Positions 8,932 to 18,415 are shown, counted from the first letter of the stretch. The stretch: 64,000 nt of DNA from an uncultured Ruminococcus sp. (GCA_964621165.1 CAZULC010000001.1:268281-332280), one strand, 5' to 3'. Notes: generated from the letters alone by a model not told the origin. Numbers and translations: made by a program.

Positions 8932-9059
8932 GCGGATAAAAATATATGAGGTTTTCTATAGATTACGGTGATATATTTTCTTTACAAATTTACCTTGATA
9001 TGGTACAATATTTTATGTAAAGGTATACAAATTTTGCGGGATGATTAAATGATTCCGGA

Positions 9060-9884
9060 CTACTTTTTCCGGAACGTGCCGGGGGAGCAGCCGAATTCTT
9101 TGCGGAAGGAGTCCGTGAAATAGTTTGTGTTTTTGAATCCGGTCATGTAGCAGATTTCCTTGAAGGTCAGGTCGGTGGACTTTATTAAATCCGCGGCTGT
9201 GGTCAGGCGCACCTTCTTAACGTAGCTGGAAAAGCCGATTCCGGTTGCCGTGGCGAATATGTGGGAGAAGTAGGCTTCCGACAGTCCGGTCAGTGCTGAG
9301 GCTTCCTTTAGGGTGATGTTTTTCGCGTAGTTTTCCTTGGCGTAGATGATGGCCTTCTTCACGGCGGAGTAGCCGCTGACCTGCGACGTTCTCTTCTGCT
9401 TCCGGCGCATAATCTCTATGCACAGGTTTTCCATGAGGTTGCCGAGCTGGCGGGCGTACATGTATTTTTTTTCATTATACACCTTCACGCACCACTGGCA
9501 GTAGGTCCGGAAAAATTCCGCTTCCTCTCCTTCGAAGTACAGCACTATGGGTTCGGTGGAGGCGTAGAAGAATGACGACAGGTTTTCGTCGATGTACTTT
9601 GGGAAAAACTGGAGGCAGTAGTAGTTGACGCTTCCGTTCTCCGGTATGCGGTAGGTATGGTAGTCCGCCGGCGAGGTCAGGCAGAGAAGTCCGGGCTTTA
9701 TCTGGAACTTTGTGCTGTTGATTTCATAGCTCCCTTCCCCGTCGACAAAAAACTCAAGCTCAAAGAACGAGTGGAAGTGGATTCTGTTATTGTAATATGT
9801 AGTGAAGTCAACCGCGCTGTTGTCGGCATAAATCTCGGACGGGTCATGTTCGTTTGTACGGCTGACGGTTTCTCCCGCTGGCAT
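9060..9884 (-). CDS. AraC family transcriptional regulator (cupin sensor + HTH)
   Basis: N-terminal cupin-like region and a C-terminal double HTH (ITLKEASALTGLSEAYFSHIF..ICYMTGFKNTNYFTDSFRKEFG). GGAGGAAG SD precedes the ATG. Confidence 0.9.
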   Translation of the reverse strand: MPAGETVSRTNEHDPSEIYADNSAVDFTTYYNNRIHFHSFFELEFFVDGEGSYEINSTKFQIKPGLLCLTSPADYHTYRIPENGSVNYYCLQFFPKYIDENLSSFFYASTEPIVLYFEGEEAEFFRTYCQWCVKVYNEKKYMYARQLGNLMENLCIEIMRRKQKRTSQVSGYSAVKKAIIYAKENYAKNITLKEASALTGLSEAYFSHIFATATGIGFSSYVKKVRLTTAADLIKSTDLTFKEICYMTGFKNTNYFTDSFRKEFGCSPGTFRKK

Positions 9885-9990
9885 AGCTTCCTCCGGAATA
9901 TAGTGAAGTATTTAATTTTATTTTATCACATTTCACAAAAAAATCAAGGGAATACAAAAAATTTACAATAAATTCAGAGAGGTGAACAAA

Positions 9991-11541
9991 ATGAAAAAAC
10001 TCGTTTCAATGCTGCTTGTGTTGGCGGCGATTTTGTCCTGCGTCATGTCCTTTGCTTCCTGTTCCGGGGATGGGGAAGACAAAACTGACGCGCCGGCAAC
10101 TCCCGGATCGGATTCAGCTGACACTGCCGGCCAAACCGAGGCTGAGACAGAGCCGGAAAAGTCCGCGCTGGACTTGGCTGTCGAGAAGACCGGAGTGGGG
10201 GATTTGGGCGGCAGCAGTGTGAAGATTATGTCGCCGGACCCGGGCAAGCACTTCTACTACCACACCAGCGCCGAGGAGAACGAGCTGTACTATGACGAAA
10301 GCGCGTCGGATGTGCTGTCATCGGCCATATACACCCGCAACTCAATGGTTGAGAAGGCACTGAACGTGAAGATTGAGCCGGTATGGGGCGGGGACACGGG
10401 AGATATTTCGTCAGTTGTCAAGGCGAACGTAACCGCCGGTGACTCCACTGAGTTTGACGCGGCCATAAACCGGCTTGACTACTCGATCAACAACGCCATC
10501 GCGGGGGAACTTCTCAACTTCTACAATGTTCCCGGCATGGACATGGAAAATGAGTGGTGGGACAGGCCAATAGTCGACACCTTTACAATCGGCGGTGACA
10601 CTCTCTGCACTCTCGCGGGGGATTTGAACTACTACGACGACTACGCAGTGGAGATGGTTCTGTTCAACAAGAAGCTCATGGCGGACTACGGCAATTCTAT
10701 TCTGTCTCAGGCGGGGTACGCGGATTTATACGAGGCTGTGCGTGACGGCGGATGGACCGTTGACATGATGGTAAATCTTGGGCAGGCCTCTTCCACTGAC
10801 CTTGACGGCGACGGGACTATGACCTTCAACAAGGACATAATCGGAATCGGGGACAACTACGACGTCACGTTCCACTTCCTGTTCAGCTACGGCGAAAGAG
10901 CCAGCGAGAATGACGAAAACGGCTTCCCCCAGCCAAACGGCGCCACTGAGGGGATAGTATCTGCGGTTGAAGATATTGCAGCGAAGCTGATGGACCCGAG
11001 CTACACCTACATGAGCACATGGGACAACGCGACCCCATTCATGAACGATTTAATGTTATTCTACTGCGAGATGGTGGGAATCATACCGAAATTCCGCGAT
11101 ATGGAGTCGGACTTCGGACTTCTGCCAATGCCGAAGGGTGTTGACACAATGGACGGCTACTGTGCGTACGTCTCAAACGGATGGACTACGGTTTACCAGA
11201 TTCCATCGTTCCACTCATACGAGAGTGCGGGGAACATCGGAAAGGTGCTTGAGTGCATGTCGGCGGCTTCAAGTGAGACCGTGACTCCGGCTTTATACGA
11301 GCAGCTTTTGGAAGCGAAGTACATCCGCGACGCTGACTCAAAGGAAATGATGGAGTACATTTTTGCGTCAAAGGTATACGACTGGGCAGGGGATCTTACG
11401 TGGGCTGGAGCTTTACGCAACTGCTACAACGATGTACTGACGTCCGGTGCGGGCGGATTTGTTTCGTCAATGGAAAAGATACAGAAGCCCACCACAAAGC
11501 AGCTTGACAGGCTTGTTGAATCGTTTGAAGAAATCGAGTAA
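9991..11541 (+). CDS. Extracellular solute-binding lipoprotein (large family-1 ABC substrate-binding protein)
   Basis: Lipoprotein signal MKKLVSMLLVLAAILSCVMSFASC with a lipobox Cys. ATG 9991 sits 8 nt after AGAGAGG. No cognate permease genes are adjacent. Confidence 0.75.
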   Translation: MKKLVSMLLVLAAILSCVMSFASCSGDGEDKTDAPATPGSDSADTAGQTEAETEPEKSALDLAVEKTGVGDLGGSSVKIMSPDPGKHFYYHTSAEENELYYDESASDVLSSAIYTRNSMVEKALNVKIEPVWGGDTGDISSVVKANVTAGDSTEFDAAINRLDYSINNAIAGELLNFYNVPGMDMENEWWDRPIVDTFTIGGDTLCTLAGDLNYYDDYAVEMVLFNKKLMADYGNSILSQAGYADLYEAVRDGGWTVDMMVNLGQASSTDLDGDGTMTFNKDIIGIGDNYDVTFHFLFSYGERASENDENGFPQPNGATEGIVSAVEDIAAKLMDPSYTYMSTWDNATPFMNDLMLFYCEMVGIIPKFRDMESDFGLLPMPKGVDTMDGYCAYVSNGWTTVYQIPSFHSYESAGNIGKVLECMSAASSETVTPALYEQLLEAKYIRDADSKEMMEYIFASKVYDWAGDLTWAGALRNCYNDVLTSGAGGFVSSMEKIQKPTTKQLDRLVESFEEIE

Positions 11542-11561
11542 AGTTTGAAGTTTGAAGAGTG

Positions 11562-11664
11562 GAGTCGGGAAGCGCCGATGCAGTGATAAACCACTACTGC
11601 TGTCTCGGCATTTCTTCAGCTGAATATGAGAGCGTTCCCGGGACGACGATTTTTTATCTCCCGC
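11562..11664 (-). repeat. Family A repeat unit (reverse orientation, degenerate hairpin)
   Basis: The reverse complement reads GCGGGAGATAAAAAATCGTCGTCCCGGGAACGC..CAGCTGAAGAAATGCCGAG..GGCGCTTCCCGACTC. Confidence 0.6.
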
Positions 11665-11721
11665 GTGTTGTGGGATGACGTATCGGCAGATTTTATGATT
11701 TATTGATACAAGGTGAAACAT

Positions 11722-13188
11722 ATGGTAAAAGAATATCTTAAAAAAATCGATTCCGTTATTGCTTCGGGGAAGTACAAGGACACTTGGGAGTCGCTTATGC
11801 AGTACCAGGTGCCGGAGTGGTATGCGGGGTGCAAGTTCGGGATTTTCATCCACTGGGGGATTTACTCCGTTCCGGCTTTCGGCAGCGAGTGGTACTCCCG
11901 AAACATGTACATCAAGGGGTCGGCGGAGTACGAGCATCACATCAAAACGTACGGTGAACACAGGGATTTTGGGTACAAGGACTTCATCCCCATGTTCAAG
12001 GCGGAGAAGTTTGATCCGGACGAGTGGGCTGAGTTGTTCCGTGAAGCCGGTGCGCAGTATGTTGTTCCGGTGGCCGAGCATCACGACGGGTTCCAGATGT
12101 ATAGCAGCGAGGTCTCACACTGGAACGCGGAGGAAATGGGTCCGAAGCGGGACTTGATTGGGGAACTGTCGGAGTCCATAAAGAATCACGGCATGGTCAA
12201 CGGGGCTTCCTCACACCGTGTTGAGCATTGGTTTTTCATGGGACACGGCCGCGAGTTTGACAGCGACATCACCGACGCGGAAAAATACGGGGACTTCTAC
12301 TGGCCCGCGATGCCCGAGCCGAACCATCAGGATTTATTCTCCACTCCAACACCTACGGCGGAATACCTCGAGGACTGGCTTGTGCGGTGCGCTGAGATTG
12401 TGGACCGGTTCCATCCGAGGATTGTTTACTTCGACTGGTGGATACAGCACAGCGCGGTGAAGCCGTATCTGAAAAAGTTCGCGGCGTACTTCTACAACCG
12501 TGCGGAAGAATGGGGCGGCGGAGTAATAAACTACAAGCATGACGCGTTCATGTTCGGCACAGCGGTGGTTGACATCGAGCGGGGACAGTTTGCGGACGCG
12601 AAGCCCTTCATTTGGCAGACGGACACCGCGGTGGCTTACAACAGCTGGTGCTACACTGAACACAACCACTACAAAAATCCGGTGGAGATTGTGCGTGACT
12701 TATGCGACATTGTGAGCAAGAACGGGCGTCTGCTGCTCAACATCGGACCGAAGGCTGACGGAACCATACCGGACGAGGACCGGCGGATACTTCTTGAAAT
12801 AGGAAAATGGCTGAAAGTCAACGGTGAGGCCATATACGGCGCGGGTGTGTGGCGGTACTCCGGCGAAGGTCCGACGAAGGTTCAGGAGGGGCAGTTTGCT
12901 GACGGTGCGGACAAGGCTTACACCTCATCTGACATACGGTTCGTGGTGAATCACGGCAATTTATACGCCATTATACTGAATTATCCCAAGTCGGGGGAGG
13001 TCAACGTCACCATGCTGAGAGAAGCCGACGCCAGCCGCCTGCCACTATTCCACGGAATCATAAAAGGAGTGGATGTGCTTGGGTTCCCTGAGAAGCCGGT
13101 ATGGGCAAGAGACGAGTCCGGTCTGCACATCAAGACAACAGGCGTGAAGTCCGATTATCCCGTGGTGTTCAGGATCAATATTGAGTGA
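11722..13188 (+). CDS. Alpha-L-fucosidase (GH29)
   Basis: The GH29 N-terminal signature PEWYAGCKFGIFIHWGIYSVPAFGSEWY is present. ATG 11722 sits 6 nt after AAGGTG. Confidence 0.9.
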   Translation: MVKEYLKKIDSVIASGKYKDTWESLMQYQVPEWYAGCKFGIFIHWGIYSVPAFGSEWYSRNMYIKGSAEYEHHIKTYGEHRDFGYKDFIPMFKAEKFDPDEWAELFREAGAQYVVPVAEHHDGFQMYSSEVSHWNAEEMGPKRDLIGELSESIKNHGMVNGASSHRVEHWFFMGHGREFDSDITDAEKYGDFYWPAMPEPNHQDLFSTPTPTAEYLEDWLVRCAEIVDRFHPRIVYFDWWIQHSAVKPYLKKFAAYFYNRAEEWGGGVINYKHDAFMFGTAVVDIERGQFADAKPFIWQTDTAVAYNSWCYTEHNHYKNPVEIVRDLCDIVSKNGRLLLNIGPKADGTIPDEDRRILLEIGKWLKVNGEAIYGAGVWRYSGEGPTKVQEGQFADGADKAYTSSDIRFVVNHGNLYAIILNYPKSGEVNVTMLREADASRLPLFHGIIKGVDVLGFPEKPVWARDESGLHIKTTGVKSDYPVVFRINIE

Positions 13189-13203
13189 TTCTCATAAAAA
13201 TAA

Positions 13204-13236
13204 GCGTATCGTGGGTTTCTGCGGTGCGCTTTTTTT
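13204..13236 (+). terminator. Intrinsic terminator after the fucosidase gene
   Basis: GCGTATCG..CGGTGCGC stem (two G-U pairs on the + strand) followed by T7. Confidence 0.7.
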
Positions 13237-13321
13237 GGCGATTGGACTGATATGGCGACGGTTTACCTGTGCTGATGTTCGTGAAAAAACAAAAATATTT
13301 TAAAAAATATCATAAACTCTC

Positions 13322-13350
13322 TTGAAATATGAATGAAAATGTAGTATCAT
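13322..13350 (+). promoter_or_regulatory. Sigma-A type promoter of the GH26-like gene
   Basis: -35 TTGAAA, 17-nt spacer, -10 TATCAT, 31 nt before the start codon. Confidence 0.5.
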
Positions 13351-13380
13351 ATTATCAACACATATACAAGGAGTATAACT

Positions 13381-14772
13381 ATGATTGACACACGACGGAT
13401 TCTGACCTTGGGGCTGTCCCTGATTTTTGGGCTGTCCTCCATTTCCGTATGCGGTCCGGCTTGGGCTGACGACAGCACTACCACTGTACAGGGCGGCGGG
13501 GTCGCCAAGGATTTATCGGCAAACACTGAGGTTTACATGGTAACATCAACCCCCGGGGCTGATTATGTTTACTACGGCGCGAAGCTGGAGCCAAAGGGCG
13601 GGGTCTACTACGGCAGGGTCTGCACCGGTGGAAAGAGGGAAGACGGCCGCTGGGGCATGGTGAACGACAAGCAGTCGGAAAACGAGTCGGCGGTGGCGTT
13701 CTACTATTCGGCGGACAGCGATTACGACCTTGAGTATTGGAAATATCTATACGAGAACTATTCCGCCTCGGACAATCAGCATGTGGTTCAGATAAACCTG
13801 AACTTTGACAACCTGCACGACGACATCGCGGCCTACGTCTCGGGGAAATACGACGCCCGATTAAAGAAGGATTTTGAGTTTCTGAACACGCGGACCTATC
13901 CGGTTATGCTCAGAATCGGCGGCGAGATGAACGAGTGGTGCCGTGACGACGCAGAGGGGTTCAAAAGAGCGTACATTCACGTGGCGGCTCTTGCGCGGAA
14001 GTATGCACCGGACATGGCGCTGATTTTTTCGCCGAACTTCTGCGGGGCCGTTGGAGTCGACATGGACGATTTTTATCCGGGGGACGATTATGTCGACTGG
14101 GTGGGCTGTTCGTTATACTACAACCGATACGCGGTGAACGGTGACGAGAAATATGACAGCTTTTACGGTGTGAACGAATACGGAGACGCGCTTCTGAACG
14201 TTCAGCAGACTATAAATTTATCCCGACTGCACAAAAAACCGGTTGCGATAACCGAGGGTGGTTCGGCATACAGCATGGACGGAAAGGACACAACAGCATA
14301 CGCGGCTGACCGGGTGAAGCGTGCGATGGCGTATCTGCCCATGGTATACCCTGAGATAAAGAGTGTGATTTACTCCGACACGAACTTTTACACAGGCGCG
14401 GCAGACTTATACAAAATCTACGACAACCAAACGATGTCAGCGGCATTTGACGAAGGAGTCAATGGGAACAAGGTTTATCTTAACGACTGCACCAAAGCCG
14501 GCGGTGATGGGGTGAAGTATTACACCAAGGCGTCAGCGTACACGGGGGAGGTCAAGGGAAAGGTATCCTTTGCGGCGTACACCTTTGCGGTATACTCGAA
14601 GATGCCCCTTACCGCAGTCTGGTCAGTTGACGGCGTTGAGTCAGCGAAGGTGAGCGCATACCCCTATGCCTTTGACCTTGACGCGGCCTCACTCACCCCC
14701 GGCGAACACAAGATAAAAGTAACTTTCAGCAGCGGTGAATCGAAAGAATATACCCTAACCATAGGTCGTTAG
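13381..14772 (+). CDS. Secreted glycoside hydrolase, GH26-like (mannanase family fold)
   Basis: Signal peptide present. Motifs RIGGEMNEW and YPGDDYVDWVGCSLY resemble the GH26 catalytic region. AAGGAG SD. Confidence 0.6.
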   Translation: MIDTRRILTLGLSLIFGLSSISVCGPAWADDSTTTVQGGGVAKDLSANTEVYMVTSTPGADYVYYGAKLEPKGGVYYGRVCTGGKREDGRWGMVNDKQSENESAVAFYYSADSDYDLEYWKYLYENYSASDNQHVVQINLNFDNLHDDIAAYVSGKYDARLKKDFEFLNTRTYPVMLRIGGEMNEWCRDDAEGFKRAYIHVAALARKYAPDMALIFSPNFCGAVGVDMDDFYPGDDYVDWVGCSLYYNRYAVNGDEKYDSFYGVNEYGDALLNVQQTINLSRLHKKPVAITEGGSAYSMDGKDTTAYAADRVKRAMAYLPMVYPEIKSVIYSDTNFYTGAADLYKIYDNQTMSAAFDEGVNGNKVYLNDCTKAGGDGVKYYTKASAYTGEVKGKVSFAAYTFAVYSKMPLTAVWSVDGVESAKVSAYPYAFDLDAASLTPGEHKIKVTFSSGESKEYTLTIGR

Positions 14773-14881
14773 GCAGGGCGGGGAAGCCCCGACGGGCAAT
14801 TTCGGGTCGGGAAGCCCCGACGGGCGATTTCGGCATTTCTTCAGTTGAGAAGTGGAGACATCCCACGACGACCGGAGACTG
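14773..14881 (-). repeat. Family A repeat unit (reverse orientation, doubled hairpin)
   Basis: Begins on the base after the TAG stop at 14770-14772. CGGGGAAGCCCCGACGGGC occurs twice, then the reverse complement of the 5' module (..GGTCGTCGTGGGATG..). Confidence 0.7.
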
Positions 14882-15073
14882 TTAGCCGGTTCTCCAAAAT
14901 AGCGCCCGCGGTTTATCGGTGCTGAGAATGGACTCTTGGGTTCGGGTGAAAAAGTGAATTTTATACAGGCTGGCTCTGCGCGGGGCCGGCTTTTTATTTG
15001 GACGTGAATACTTTCGTCTCCGCGGAGGAAAGATATTTGGGGAAACCAAAATATATTTTACGGAGATGATTTT

Positions 15074-15742
15074 ATGTTCAAGCATGAGAAAATGCTGTTC
15101 CATCCGGTTGGGGTGGAGAAGCCGAACCCACAGTATGCCGCATTATTGCAGGAGCAGCTTGGGGGCGCCAACGGGGAAATGAAGTCCGCTATGCAGTACC
15201 TGTCCCAGAGCTTCCGGGTGAAGGATCCTGAAATCAAGGATTTATTCATGGACATTGCGGCGGAGGAACTGGGTCACATGGAGATGGTTGCGCAGACTAT
15301 CAACCTTCTGAACGGGCATGACGTAGACGCGGCTTCCGTTCCGGCCGGGGAGGTGCAGACTCACGTTCTGCTTGGGCTGAATCCGGGGCTGATCAACGCG
15401 TCGGGCTACAGCTGGACTGCGGACTACGTCACGGTGACGGGGGACTTATGCGCGGACCTGCTCTCGAACATTGCCTCGGAACAGCGGGCGAAGGTGGTGT
15501 ATGAGTACCTTTACCGTCAGATTACCGACAAGCGTGTGCGGGAGACGATTGATTTTCTTCTGAACCGGGAGGAAGCCCACAACGCCATGTTCCGTGAGGC
15601 CTTCAACAAGGTGCAGGACAGCGGCTCCAACCGTGACTTTGGCACAACGAAAGCCGCGCGGATGTATTTCAGCATGTCCGAACCGTCGCCGAATGACAAA
15701 GGCGGCCATGAGATGGACGTGAAAGCCCCGGCGTTCAAGTGA
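15074..15742 (+). CDS. Manganese catalase family protein (CotJC-like)
   Basis: MFKHEKMLFHPV..ALLQEQLGGANGEMKSAMQYLSQSF and the di-metal motif EELGHMEMV. Confidence 0.85.
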   Translation: MFKHEKMLFHPVGVEKPNPQYAALLQEQLGGANGEMKSAMQYLSQSFRVKDPEIKDLFMDIAAEELGHMEMVAQTINLLNGHDVDAASVPAGEVQTHVLLGLNPGLINASGYSWTADYVTVTGDLCADLLSNIASEQRAKVVYEYLYRQITDKRVRETIDFLLNREEAHNAMFREAFNKVQDSGSNRDFGTTKAARMYFSMSEPSPNDKGGHEMDVKAPAFK

Positions 15743-15757
15743 TGTAGGCTGAAAAGA

Positions 15758-15797
15758 AAAAAGCTGGCGTTTGCTTTGGTGCGGGTCAGCTTTTTTG
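15758..15797 (+). terminator. Intrinsic terminator after the catalase gene
   Basis: AAAAAAGCTG..CAGCTTTTTT. Confidence 0.7.
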
Positions 15798-15808
15798 GTT
15801 TGGGGATT

Positions 15809-15902
15809 GCGGGAGCTATTGCATATGGTCGTAGGTTGGGAAGTTGTGCAGAGATTGCCTGTCGGGGCTTCCCGACTCGAGATTGCCTGTCGGGGCTTCC
15901 CG
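15809..15902 (+). repeat. Family A repeat unit (compact, doubled hairpin)
   Basis: TGCGGGAGCTATTGCATATGGTCGTAGG..GATTGCCTGTCGGGGCTTCCCGAC followed by a second GATTGCCTGTCGGGGCTTCCCG. Confidence 0.65.
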
Positions 15903-16096
15903 TAAAAGTAAAACCGCCCGGGAGCAATCCGGACGGCTTCGGGTTAGACGGACAAACAGCGTTATAGTTGTTTGTTTTTTTTGTACCGTTAGGTCGACGA
16001 TACGATTGAGTTAGAGAAGTAATGGACGTAGAATAATCTCGAAAACCTATAATCCTCCACATATGTAATAACACATTTAAAAGCTGTTGTCAAGAT

Positions 16097-16231
16097 AAAA
16101 AGAGCAAAAATGTTCCCGTCTATCTGCACAAATCGTAATTACATAGGCTATGTAGTTTTACTGTATGGCTGTACAGCTGGCGGCGGAGGACCTAACTCCG
16201 TGCAACGCGGGTTTGAATTATGACGGGAACA
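16097..16231 (-). terminator. Long structured 3' region closed by a 10-bp stem plus a U-tract (minus strand)
   Basis: TGTTCCCGTC (16111-16120) pairs with GACGGGAACA (16222-16231). On the minus strand the stem is followed by TTTTTGCTCTTTTT. The 101-nt interior has further local hairpins. Confidence 0.4.
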
Positions 16232-16252
16232 CTTACATTGTTCGTTTCTTAG

Positions 16253-16339
16253 TTACTTATTCTCTTTTTCAGCTATTGCTAACTGAATCAGAAGAATAAG
16301 GACACTAATAATAGTCTGGAGGAAGTTTTCGATGTCCAT
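16253..16339 (-). CDS. 28-aa hydrophobic peptide (type I toxin / holin-like toxin candidate)
   Basis: MDIENFLQTIISVLILLIQLAIAEKENK. GGAAGGAG lies 5 nt upstream of the ATG at 16339. The longer 62-aa ORF in the track runs into the Family B repeat. Confidence 0.35.
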   Translation of the reverse strand: MDIENFLQTIISVLILLIQLAIAEKENK

Positions 16340-16358
16340 TCTTTCTCCTTCCCGCCTA

Positions 16359-16496
16359 TTCTCCTTTAGCGAGAAGAAAAAGACCCAAAAGAGGAACTCC
16401 TTGGAAGTCTTGGGTATTTCGACTTCTGCGGAAGTCGACAAAGGGACTTTGTCCCCTTGACCTAAGCTTTTGTGGCGACAACGTGAAGTTTTAGGG
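16359..16496 (+). repeat. Family B structured repeat, copy B1 (5'-shortened, lacks hairpin H3)
   Basis: CTCCTTTAGCGAGAAG..TCGACTTCTGCGGAAGTCGA..GGGACTTTGTCCC..GTGAAGTTTTAGGG. Confidence 0.65.
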
Positions 16497-17351
16497 CTAC
16501 GGGATGTCGGGGATTACTGTCGGAACCTCATCAAGCTGCCACGGGTTTTTTACCACGGACTTCAACAGTTTCAATGCCGACGCGTAGTAGTATCCATCAC
16601 AGATTCTCTCATCTAATACAAACGTAAAGTCCATATACTGCTTCTTTTTCACCGAACCTTGTGCGTCCATCTCATACACCCGTCTCTTGGAGCCGAAGGA
16701 GAAAAATATGGGGCAGGTGCCGAAGTCATAGAGGTGGTGGTAGATTGGCGGGATGCCGAGGGAGCCCATTGACGTTATGAAGTACGAGCAGTGGAAGGGG
16801 CTTACCTTTGCGATGAACTTAGGCATGACTCCGAAGTAGTCGAGGGTCTTGAAAAACCACACGGCGAACTTGAACATGAGTCCGGGGAGTAGGGTAAACG
16901 CCCGTGCCGTATTGTCGAAGTCCCCGCCGGGGTTAGCTCTATAGGACGTGATTTCATAATCGAGGGCCTTATACACGTCCGCGGTGGTGGCGGTGGGAGG
17001 GAGTGTGATTTTCACGACTGTATCAGGGGACTGGAGGGACATTTCCTTTTTGATGGTGAGTGAGACTTCCACGTTTTTTCTTGTCCAGATTCGCTGACCC
17101 CGTATGAATCTATTTAGTGCGGGGCGCTGTGAAACTACGCGGATGAAGGCTGCTATCATGACGTGCATGATACTGATATTGGGCATACCGTTCTGTTGTT
17201 TTTCGCGGATATATTTTTCGATTTTATCTATTTCGATTGAGTCGGTGATGAAGTTCTGTGAGCCGGTGCGGTTTACCATGATGAAGGGGATGACGGCGGA
17301 CATTGGCGACACGGATTTGACCCGGCGGAATTCTTTTTCTTTTTTGGACAT
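16497..17351 (-). CDS. Acyltransferase with 2-oxoacid dehydrogenase E2 catalytic-domain fold
   Basis: C-terminal LDERICDGYYYA aligns with the DHRxxDG catalytic motif of E2/CAT-type acyltransferases. ATG 17351 (MSKKEKEF) is preferred to the TTG at 17375. Confidence 0.7.
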   Translation of the reverse strand: MSKKEKEFRRVKSVSPMSAVIPFIMVNRTGSQNFITDSIEIDKIEKYIREKQQNGMPNISIMHVMIAAFIRVVSQRPALNRFIRGQRIWTRKNVEVSLTIKKEMSLQSPDTVVKITLPPTATTADVYKALDYEITSYRANPGGDFDNTARAFTLLPGLMFKFAVWFFKTLDYFGVMPKFIAKVSPFHCSYFITSMGSLGIPPIYHHLYDFGTCPIFFSFGSKRRVYEMDAQGSVKKKQYMDFTFVLDERICDGYYYASALKLLKSVVKNPWQLDEVPTVIPDIP

Positions 17352-17698
17352 GTTCTTAACCTTTCTGTTATACAAATGAAAGAATTCTGGTCATCCTTGG
17401 ACGATGAAAAATGGTTGGTTCCGTTTTTCAAAGAATTCTTTGGCGTAAAATCAGCTTAACAAGGGTGAGGTTGGCTGGATATATCACGCGCACCTCATTG
17501 TGGGAAATTTTTTGATATTTTTAAAATTATATCATATTTTATATAAAATTTCAATCAACGTTTGATTAAAAAACAGTATTTAATAAAGAAAATTCAGTTA
17601 ATATAAAAAATTTAGGGAAAACTGGTGAAATTCGCTGGGAGTTCACATTATTGTGGTATTATTATGGGCAGATAATTATATTTTTGCGAGGTTTTGAC

Positions 17699-18322
17699 AT
17701 GGGACACGTGCCTGTTTTGATAGATGAGGGCGAGATTTTATCTTTCCGTGAGGCTTATGCTCGGTCTGAGTCGGGGGTTGGGGGATACGACCGGGGGCGG
17801 TGGTTATATGTGCCGGACTATTACACGGAGTACCGTTACATATTGGGAACGCGTGGGAAGCGGCCGTTGATTGCGGTGGGGGTTAATCCTTCTACGGCGG
17901 GTCCGGGGGACTTGGACAACACGTTGAAGTCGGTGGAGAGAGTGGCGCTTGGGAATGGGTTTGACTCGTTTATTATGTTCAACGTATATGCTCAGCGTGC
18001 TACGGATCCGGATTTGATGGACCGGGAGATGAACGTACGGTTACACCGTGAGAACATGGAGGCATTTGAGTTTATTTTGGAAAAGTATGCGGGGGTCAGT
18101 CATCCGGCGATATGGGCGGCGTGGGGGACGATTATAGAGAAGCGGGGGTATTTGAAGCGGTGTGTGCTCGACATGGTGGAATTAGGGGAGCGGTACGGTG
18201 CTGAGTGGTTTATATGCGGGAAGAGGTCGAAAGCTGGGCATCCGCATCATCCGTTATATTTAAAGAAGGGGGAGCCGCTTATGCCTTTTGACGCGTGGGA
18301 GTATGCGCGGGGGCTTAGGTGA
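17699..18322 (+). CDS. DUF1643 domain-containing protein
   Basis: YRYILGTRGKRPLIAVGVNPSTAGPGDLDNTLKSVERVA..FIMFNVYAQRATDP is typical of DUF1643. ATG 17699 sits 7 nt after GAGG. Confidence 0.75.
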   Translation: MGHVPVLIDEGEILSFREAYARSESGVGGYDRGRWLYVPDYYTEYRYILGTRGKRPLIAVGVNPSTAGPGDLDNTLKSVERVALGNGFDSFIMFNVYAQRATDPDLMDREMNVRLHRENMEAFEFILEKYAGVSHPAIWAAWGTIIEKRGYLKRCVLDMVELGERYGAEWFICGKRSKAGHPHHPLYLKKGEPLMPFDAWEYARGLR

Positions 18323-18406
18323 TATTTATTTTTAGGGGAATATCTCGGGGGAAGTATATTTTTCTGTAGGGAGATTTTATTTTTCTATGGATTTTGCGGG
18401 ATTTTA

Positions 18407-18415
18407 TGGTATAAT
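18407..18415 (+). promoter_or_regulatory. Extended -10 promoter element upstream of mnmG
   Basis: TGGTATAAT lies 53 nt before the start codon. Confidence 0.45.

Noticed and set aside
16253-16441. The 62-aa version of the minus-strand ORF given in the track (MSTSAEVEIPKTSKEF..).
   Set aside because: Its N-terminal 34 residues are the antisense translation of Family B1. Only the internal ATG at 16339 has an SD, so only the 28-aa peptide is retained as a low-confidence candidate.
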